A model generated the notes under the pieces. It was not told the DNA's origin, made no database searches, and worked only from the letters and a program-made list of their open reading frames with translations. The position numbers and the translations under genes are program-made. Below, piece by piece: positions 55,720 through 64,000 of a stretch of 64,000 nucleotides of DNA (position 1 is its first letter; each line of letters opens with the position of its first letter). The stretch comes from Eledone cirrhosa (lineage: Eukaryota), in assembly GCA_964016885.1 (NCBI GenBank), contig OZ024758.1, positions 26,474,001 to 26,538,000 on the forward strand. The letters run 5' to 3'.

Positions 55720-56050
55720 GGAGGCACATGGCTTAGTGGTTAGAGCATTGGCTTTGCAATCGAAAGGTTGTGAGTTCAATTCTCAGACCGGGTGATGTGT
55801 TGTTTCCTTGAGCAAGACACTTTATTTCACATTGCTCCAGTTTACTCAGCTGTAGAAATGAGATGATAGGGACTGGGGTCCCTATCATTCCACTGCAAAG
55901 TGGTCGTGGAGGTGCCACGGAAAAAAAGCACCTAGCACTCACTGTAAATGAGGTTGGTGTAAGGAAGGGCATCCAGCTGTAGAAATCAAGCCAGAATCAG
56001 TTCCTGTCCCACCCTTGCAAGCAGGGAAAAGCGGACGTAAAATGAAATGG
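55720..56050 (+). mobile_element. SINE family A copy
   Basis: Full copy. Confidence 0.9.
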
Positions 56051-56052
56051 TG

Positions 56053-56083
<31 letters not shown>

Positions 56084-56328
56084 TAGAAGGACTAGCGTCC
56101 AAAACATTAAGACCCTCTTCCTGCTATATCAAGTGTTAACCTAATATATTCCTTTCATATACTGTACCGATTGTGTTGTTATTTATGGCCAGATGCCCTT
56201 CCTAATGCCAACCACCTTACAAAAATAATAGGTAGTTTTCCAGCATGGTTGCAGTCCAATGACTGAAACCAGTAAAAGAAGAAAAAAATAAAGAAAATCA
56301 AAGTAAATTTAAATAAAAAAAAAACAAT

Positions 56329-56334
56329 TTTATT
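56329..56334 (-). promoter_or_regulatory. Candidate polyadenylation signal (AATAAA) of MRPL18
   Basis: AATAAA on the minus strand about 40 nt after the stop codon, followed by T-rich sequence. Confidence 0.4.
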
Positions 56335-56374
56335 AACTGATTTAATTATAATAACTTATTTTTTAAAAAAAGAA

Positions 56375-56521
56375 TCAATGTTGAATATCATCGCTCCATT
56401 TGTTATCTGCAATACGATGATAATTATCATAGTCAATGCCACAAACTAAGGGAAAATACTTTTGAGTAGGTTCTTTCAATATCAGATTGTTTTCCTCTAC
56501 TGCTGTTAAAAATGCTTGAAT
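56375..56521 (-). CDS. MRPL18: MRPL18 last coding exon (IQAFLTAVEENNLILKEPTQKYFPLVCGIDYDNYHRIADNKWSDDIQH*)
   Basis: Strong acceptor ctcttttcttcttttcAG, phase 0, open for 48 codons to TGA. LILKEP aligns with the uL18m C-terminal VVLREP. Confidence 0.85.
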   Translation of the reverse strand: MQAFLTAVEENNLILKEPTQKYFPLVCGIDYDNYHRIADNKWSDDIQH

Positions 56522-57078
56522 CTGAAAAGAAGAAAAGAGTTAATTTAATCTTTGCTTCATCTATTAAATTGTTTAGAAGGAAAATTTGTTAAAAGTATTA
56601 CAATTTAGACTAAAATTTTCATCAGGATTATATATCATTTCATTTTACGATCTATCTCTTATTGAAACATGTCGTGATTAAATGATTGGAATTCTACCTT
56701 GCCTTCGGATTTTCATTTTGATACTTATACTCCGTTTTACATCATCTAGCTGCTCCCTTGAATGGAATTGGAGATATACAAAAGCATGGAGAACTTAATA
56801 TTGCTAACATAAAGTTATTGGACCATTTTACACAACCAATAATACACCTTACTTTATAACAACTATATATATATAGGAGGAGGTTATAGTTCACTTGAAG
56901 CATTGCGTAATGAGGTATCAACGTTTGTATATGTATAATAAAGCTGTATGAACAAGGCACGGTTACCTGACCTGGCATTGTCCACAACAGGACAACCCGT
57001 CTAGCCCATGCTAGCGTGGAAGAATGGATGTAAAATGGTGATGATGATGAACACAAGTAACTGATGAAACAACTGTAC

Positions 57079-57196
57079 CTTTTTTGAATCTTCATCATGT
57101 GACATCTCATCATAAAAGACACGAGTTATTCCAGCTTCAAGACACCGCAGAGCCAAGATGGATCCAATACATTTTGCTGCTGTGATGTCACGGCAA
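57079..57196 (-). CDS. MRPL18: MRPL18 internal coding exon (CRDITAAKCIGSILALRCLEAGITRVFYDEMSHDEDSKK)
   Basis: Acceptor taattttctAG, donor AAG|GTac. The 118 nt are phase-compatible with both neighbouring exons. IGSILALRCLEAGI matches the uL18m motif IGRVLAQRCLEAGI. Confidence 0.92.
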
Positions 57197-57304
57197 CTAG
57201 AAAATTATATAAACACATTTTTTGTCAATATATATCGGGTTTTAATTCAAATATATATATATTTAAATAACAACACAAGCACTTTAAGCCTTTAGCATTT
57301 ACAT

Positions 57305-59100
57305 CACGAATGATCAGAAAAAGGAGGCCTGGAAATGTCATAATGAGAGACTGATGAATGTGGAGAATGAATGGGAGAGAGAGAAATTACCCTCAGTAGA
57401 TCTGACAGAGGGACCAGCTATTGAGATTGACGAATATAGGGTCCAAGAGGCGATTAAGGAAATGAAAAATGGTAAGGCTGCTGGACCATCGGGAATAGTT
57501 GCTGAGATGCTGAAGGCATCAGGGGACGTAGGCACTAAACTGGCTGCACGCATCATCAATCAGGCTATATATGGTGGTGTCATACCCAAAGACTGGTGCA
57601 GCAGTATTCTCATAAATTGCTACAAAGGTAAAGGGGATGCTCTGGATAGGAGCAATTATAGGGGTATAAAACTGATAGATCAGGTTATGAAAGTGGCAGA
57701 AAGGATATTAGCACAACTAATTAGAGAAAGGGTCAAACTAGATGAGATGCAGTTTGGTTTTGTGCCTGGGAAGAGTACAACAGATGCCCTCTTCTTGGTG
57801 AGACAATTGCAAGAGAGGTTCTTAGAGAAAAATAAGCCACTATACTTAGCCTTTGTTGACCTAGAGAAGGTCTTTGATAGGGTACCTCGATCTGTCATCT
57901 GGTGGTCCCTAAGGAAACTAGGTGTTGAGGAATGGCTTGTGAGGACAGTGCAAACTTTGTACAGAGGTACTGTCAGTAAAGTCAGGGTAGGAATGGAGTT
58001 TAGTGAGGAATTCCAGATACAAGTAGGAGTACATCAAGGTTCGGTCCTCAGCCCGCTCTTGCTCATTATAGTCCTCCAAGCCATAACAGAGGAGTTTAAG
58101 ACTGGCTGTCCATGGGAACTTCTCTATGCTGACGATCTGGTTCTTATAGCAGAATCAGTAGAGGAGCTAGAAAATAAATTCTGGCTATGGAAACAGCAGT
58201 TGGAAGCAAGAGGACTGAGAATGAATCTAGCTAAGACAAAAGTGTTGATGAGTAGAAAAGAGGACAAAACCCTGATTCCGTCAGGGAAATGGCCATGTTC
58301 GATATGCAGAAAAGGAACTGGCATAAATTCTATAAAATGCACACAATGCAGATCCTGGGTACACAAGAGATGTAGCGGGATAGCAGGCAAACTAACAGGT
58401 AGGGAGAAATATGTATGCAGTACAGGGAAATTAGACAGTAGAAGTCGCATTGATAGACACATTTTTCAAATGCAGGCGGGTGCTATAGAAGTGGTAGATA
58501 GCTTCCGGTACCTAGGAGATCAGATTAGCATGGGAGGGGGGGGGGGTCCGAGGCCATAGTATCGAGAATAAGGACGGGTTGGAAGAAGTTTAGGGAGCTG
58601 CTGACGAAGGGTTTCTCCCTGCGTATGAAAGGCCAGTTATATGATGCCTGCGTGAGGAGCGCGATGCTGCATGGTAGTGAGACATTTGCAGCAACTGCAG
58701 ATGATAAGCAACGGCTGGAGGGAAATGAGGCAAGCATGCTCCGTTGGATGTGCAGTGTCAATGTGCGTGAACGACCCAGCATAAATGTGTTGAGAGAGAA
58801 ACTGTGTCTGAGAGGGATAGAATGTAGTGTACGGGAGGGGAGACTGAGGTGGTATGGACATGTGAAGCGCATGGGGATGACCGATGGGTAAAGAAGTGTC
58901 AGGAAATGCCAGTTGAAGGAAGACGTGGTAGAAGTAGACCACGAAAAACATGGGCGGAGGTGGTGAGAACAGACCTCAGATCATTGAAGCTCACGGTGGA
59001 GATGATGAAGGACCGTGATGAGTGAAGAGACGCTGTGCTGAATAAGACCCGTCCCACCCTTGCGAGCAGGGAAGAGCGGGCGTAAAATGATGATGATGAT
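57305..59100 (+). mobile_element. 5'-truncated RTE-clade LINE in an MRPL18 intron (antisense to the gene)
   Basis: RT motifs GKAAGPSG, NYRGI, QFGF, FVDLEKVFDRV, GVHQGSVLSP, YADD. Cys-rich PHD-like insert CSIC..CTQC..WVHKRC. Frameshift at the poly-G near 58540. RLRWYGHV and a (GAT)n tail. Confidence 0.9.
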
Positions 59101-59571
59101 TACTCTATATATACTATTGTATTTTCATGGTAGAAGCTTTATTGTACATAATTATCTCACATAATATCAAATCTATGAGATGTTCCTTTTGAGAAGAATA
59201 TGAGCAGCCAGAGTTGAGAGAATTCTGGCTGGTTTAAATGCTAAAGGGTTAAGACCACATTCTTTACTGAATCAAGAGTTTGACTAGTGGGACTTATGGC
59301 TGGTTTTGTATTGATTATGGTGTCTTTTTTTAGGGCAATGTTTTAAAGATAGGTGCCCTTCCTAGCACCAACTCTTTTAGTCACCTTTTACATGGTATAC
59401 CTATTCTAAACCAGATATACACTTCTCTAATAATCCCTTTAACACTCACTAGTGAATCTTCTCTATTAACCCTTTATCATTTACATTACTCTATATTTAC
59501 TATTGTATTTTCATGATAAAGGCTTTTTCTCACATAATATTGAATCTATGAGATAGTCATATTATCTATTT

Positions 59572-59756
59572 AGGCGGTGGATTGGCAGTATCGGTAGAGG
59601 GTCGGACGCCATCCTTTCCAGCATAGTTACGTCCCTTTACGATCTGAGTTCAAATCCCGCCGAGGTTAACTTTGCCTTTCATCCTTATGGGGTCGATAAA
59701 ATAAAGTACCAGTAATGCACTGGGTAATTGCTGGCCTTGTGCCTAAAGTAGAAACA
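59572..59756 (+). mobile_element. SINE family B copy with 11-bp target-site duplication
   Basis: ATTATCTATTT at 59561-59571 and 59757-59767. Confidence 0.9.
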
Positions 59757-60202
59757 ATTATCTATTTTGAGAACAATACCTTAACCCTTTAATGTTTAAA
59801 CCGGCCAAAACTGGCCAGAATTCTCTACCTCTTTCTGTTGAAACTGGCTGTAACTGGTCACTCAAACTGATGTTAAGGTATTGTTCTCAAAATAAATACT
59901 TTCAAAATCTCACAGATTCGACATTATGTGAGGTAAAGCCTTTACCATGAATATATAAGATAATGTGAATGCTAAAGGGTTAACATCAGTACAAGTGACT
60001 AGTTACAGCCGGTTTGAACAGAAAGTGAGAGAATTCTGGCTGGATATGGCCGGTTTACATGCTAAAGGGTTAAACTTACCACTTTCTGTAGCAACAACAG
60101 AAATTACTTTCTCACTTCATATACATGGTATTCATTTTTAAAATGTCCAACTTTCCCAAAATGATGGAATTGACCATTCCTAGTAATTCTTTTTGAGAAA
60201 CT

Positions 60203-60540
60203 GGAGGCACATGGCTTAGTGATTAGAGCAATGACCTTGCAATCGAAAGGTTGTGAGTTCAATTCTCAGACCGGGTGATGTGTTGTTTCCTTGAGCAAGA
60301 CACTTTATTTCACATTGCTCCAGTTTACTCAGCTGTAGAAATGAGATGATAGGGACTGAGGGTCCCTATCACTCCACTGCAAAGTGGTCGTGGGGGTGCC
60401 ACGGCAAAAAAGCACCCAGCACTCACTGTAAATGAGGTTGGTGTTAGGAAGGGCATCCAGCTGTAGAAATCAAGCCAGAATCAGTTCCCGTCCCACCCTT
60501 GCAAGCAGGGAAAAGCGGACGTAAAATGAAATGATGATGA
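60203..60540 (+). mobile_element. SINE family A copy (MRPL18 intron)
   Basis: Full copy. An oppositely oriented, near-identical copy lies at 62375-62702. Confidence 0.9.
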
Positions 60541-60687
60541 AACCCATTTCTTCCACATAGAGAACCTATACTGAGAATGTTGGAATTTTTTTTTTTCTCT
60601 TTCAAGTTTAAACAAAAACCCCAGAAATTCTGTATTCCACAATTATCTAGTTATTACAAAATCCAGATATTCTCTTCCATGAAACAA

Positions 60688-61620
60688 TGGTTTCTGATTT
60701 AGGCACAAGGTCAGCAATTTTAGAGGAGGGGAAGTCGATTAAATCAACCCCAGTGCATTACTGCTGCTTTATTTTATTAACCCCCGTAAGGATGAAAGGC
60801 AAAACTAACCTCGGCGGGATTTGAACTCAGATTGTAAAGGGACGTAACTCTATGCCACGAAGCCTGGTGTCCAATGCTCTACCAATACAGCCAATCCACC
60901 TAATGGTTTCTGATTTAGGCACAAGACCAACAATTTTAGAGGAAGGGAAAATCGATTATATCGACCCCAGTGCGTGACTGGTACTTTATTTTACCAACCC
61001 CTTAAGGATGAAAGGCAAAGTTAACTTTGGCAGGATTTGAACTCAGAACATAAAGGAGTGTAATTCTATGCTATGAAGCAGGGTGTCCAACCCTCTGCCA
61101 ATCCACCATCCTCAATGTAATAATAGTCTCTACTTTAGGCACAAGGCCAGCAATTATCCAGTGTATTACTGGTACTTTATTTTATCGACCCCGTAAGGAT
61201 GAAAGGCAAAGTCAACCTCGGCGGGATTTGAACTCGGATCGTAAAGGGACGTAACTATGCTGGAAAGCATGGCGTCCGACTCTCTACCGATACTGCCAAT
61301 CCACCGACGTAATAATAATAATTGTTTCTACTTTTGGCACAAGACCAGCAAATACCCCAGTGCATTACTGGTACTTTATTTTATCAACCCAGTAAGGATG
61401 AAAGGCAAAGCTAACCTCGATACGATTTGTAATAATAATTGTTTCTACTTTTGGCACAAGGCCAGCAAATACCCAGTGCATTACTGGTACTTTTTTTTAT
61501 CGAGGCCGTAAGGATGAAAGGCAAAGTTAACCTTGGCGGGATTTGAACTCAGAATTGAAAGGGCCGTAACTCAATGCGTCAAAGCATGGCGTCTGACCTT
61601 CTACCGATACTGCCAATCGA
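60688..61620 (-). mobile_element. Head-to-tail cluster of five SINE family B copies
   Basis: Repeated GGCACAAGG.CAGCAA..GGATGAAAGGCAAAG..GGATTTGAACTC units. Confidence 0.85.
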
Positions 61621-61674
61621 ACAGGATTTGTAATAATAATATGAAGTAAGAAGAAGAATTCCAGAAATATTTAC

Positions 61675-61788
61675 CTGTAAAGAAACTTTTTAATTGCCCA
61701 TTCTTTGGTCGATGCAGATACAATGACCTCTCCAGAACAATGCAGGATATAAGACTCAAGATTCCATTTCCTCTTCTCAAAAACTATT
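61675..61788 (-). CDS. MRPL18: MRPL18 internal coding exon ((R)IVFEKRKWNLESYILHCSGEVIVSASTKEWAIKKFLY(S))
   Basis: Hand-translated. Acceptor ttttctattattttcAG, donor GTaa. The 114 nt end in AG, which joins the T of the next exon to give Ser. VIVSASTKEWAIKKFLYS matches the recalled metazoan uL18m motif VVVSASTREWAIKKHLYS. Confidence 0.9.
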
Positions 61789-62374
61789 CTGAAAATAATA
61801 GAAAAATATTACTTATTAAAATATCTAATTTACATTCATACAATTTAGCATTTTAGACATTTAATGTTCTACAAAGAGATTATTCAAATATCTACACCCA
61901 CAACTAATTATCTTTTATTTGTTTCTATACTGTACAATCCTGTGTTACAGAATACTGTTTAGCTGGTGTGTTAGTGCCAGCTAGTGTGTGAGAGAGGAAT
62001 ATTTTGCAGTTTAGATGAGTAGTAAAAGCATTAGCTGCATATTTTATAAATCTATTCTTTTAATAAATGACTGACAAGTATTTCAGAAAGCTGGTACAAT
62101 GCAGTAGAAATATATAAAGGGCAAAGGATGACAAATAAAATAAAACAAAACAAAAATAATGTTGTTTTTTTTTTATCCGGTATATTTTTATCCGGTATAT
62201 TTCAGGGTTATACCATCTTGTCAAATGCAAAAACAAAAATGCCTCTGGCTTGGGATGACTAATGGCTTAGTAGTGGAATTTGGTGGATGAAATAAAATAC
62301 TCTGGAAGCCTATTGCACATGTGTGTGTGTGTGTGTGTGGATGGATAGTCAGACAGATACATATCATCATTTTC

Positions 62375-62702
62375 ATCATTTTACGTCCGCTTTTCCCTGC
62401 TTGCAAAGGTGGGACAGGAACTGACTCTGGCTTGATTTCTACAGCTGGATGTCCTTCCTAACACCAACCTCATTTACAGTGAGTGCTGGGTGCTTTTTTG
62501 CCGTGGCACCTCCACGACCACTTTGCAGTGGAATGATAGGGACCCTCAGTCCCTATCATCTCATTTCTACAGCTGAGTAAACTGGAGCAATGTGAAATAA
62601 AGTGTCTTGCTCAAGGAAACAACACATCACCCGGTCTGAGAATTGAACTCACAACCTTTCGATTGCAAGGTCAATGCTCTAACCACTAAGCCATGTGTCT
62701 CC
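62375..62702 (-). mobile_element. SINE family A copy (MRPL18 intron)
   Basis: Full copy. Confidence 0.9.
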
Positions 62703-63636
62703 ATATGTCTATGTATATAAATGTCCTTTGTTTGTGTCTATATTTACCAGTGTAAACCAGTGGGTCGAGTCATGTCCCTTCAGTCAAAACAGTAACTTAG
62801 CAATTTCATAAATACAGATTATCCCTTTAATGTTCAAACCGGCCAAAACCGGCCAGAATTCTCTACCTCTTTCTGTTGAAACTGGCTGTAACTGGTCACT
62901 CAAACTGATGTTAAGGTATTGTTCTCAAAATAAATACTTTCAAAATCTCATAGATTCGATATTATGTGAGATAATTATGCGAGGTAAAGCCTTTACCATG
63001 AAAATATAATAATATATATAGAGTAATGTGAATGCTAAAGGGTTAACCCTTTAACATTTACATTACTCTATATATATTATTATATTTTCATGGTAAATTA
63101 CATAATTATCTCAAATTGTATCGAATCTATGAGATTTTGATATTATTTACTTTGAGAACAATACCTTAACATCAGTATGAGTGGCTAGTTACAGCTAGTA
63201 TGAACAGAAAGAGGCGAGAGAATTCTGGTTAGATGCAGTCAGTTTAAATGCTAAAGGGTTAATAAGATTGGTATCGGATTAAAATACTGGGCTCAATATA
63301 GACTGACTGAAATTCCTTAAAGGTTGTGCCCCAGCATGGCCATAGGCCAATGTCTTAAACCAGAAAAAAATAAAGGATAAAAGAATTATGAACATGAGTA
63401 GACAAAGAAGGATTTCTGATTTAACAAGATATCCATTTAACATATCTAGCAATTTGAAAGAAAAATATTGCTTGTTTTCTCTCTACAATCACCTAATTAG
63501 CTATATCTTAACTTTTTCATCAAGCACTAATTAGTCGTAATTAATTGTTTCTACTTTAGGCACAAGGCCAGCAATTACCCAGTGCATTACTGGTACTTTA
63601 TTTTATCGACCCCGTAAGGATGAAAGGCAAAGTCAA

Positions 63637-64000
63637 CCACTTAACAGGGTGGGCTGGGTGTATTTTGTTACTACCACTTAACAGGGTGGGCTGGATGTAT
63701 TTTGTTGTAGCACCAGCACTACCACTTAACAGGGTGGGCTGGATGTGTTTTGTTGTAGCACCAGCACTACCACTTAACAGGGTGGGCTGGGTGTATTTTG
63801 TTGTAGCACCAACACTACCACTTAACAGGGTGGGCTGGATGTGTTTTATCATGGCACCAGCACTACTACTTAACAGGGTGGGCTGGGTGTATTTTGTTGT
63901 AGGAACAGCACTACCACTTAACAGGGTGGGCTGGGTGTGTTTTGTTGTAGCACCAGCACTACCACTTAACAGGGTGGGCTGGATGTGTTTTGTTGTAGCA
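63637..64000. repeat. 48-bp minisatellite running off the window
   Basis: Unit CTACCACTTAACAGGGTGGGCTGG(G/A)TGT.TTTTGTTGTAGCACCAGCA. Confidence 0.92.

Noticed and set aside
56698-56757. Possible extra exon (EQLDDVKRSISIKMKIRRQ) in the last MRPL18 intron
   Set aside because: Splice sites are weak, its phases are incompatible with the flanking MRPL18 exons, and direct joining already gives a uL18m-like sequence.

Overview
AT-rich, repeat-saturated animal DNA, most likely octopus/cephalopod judging by the SINE types (inference). There is a 200-N gap at 15150-15349. The only host gene I can support is mitochondrial ribosomal protein L18 (MRPL18), whose last three exons lie on the minus strand at 61788-56375 and were missed by the ORF track. 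The rest is mostly transposable-element sequence: a near full-length Tx1/L1-clade LINE sitting in a (TTA)n tract, a Rep-deleted Helitron plus a non-autonomous partner, a decayed mariner, RTE-clade LINE pieces (one with a twin-priming-type 5' inversion), a Penelope-type GIY-YIG remnant, two abundant tRNA-derived SINE families, piggyBac/hAT/Tc1-type MITEs, and several minisatellites. The most striking unannotated signal is a population of about 11 complete or near-complete (plus several decayed) minimal type I hammerhead-ribozyme motifs from several sequence families. They show covarying stems and palindromic stem III. Many sit as divergent pairs in long fold-back palindromes, and several are followed by a shared TACTCC..GTYGAGTGCT motif. 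This is consistent with Penelope-like element pLTR-derived non-coding mini-elements.
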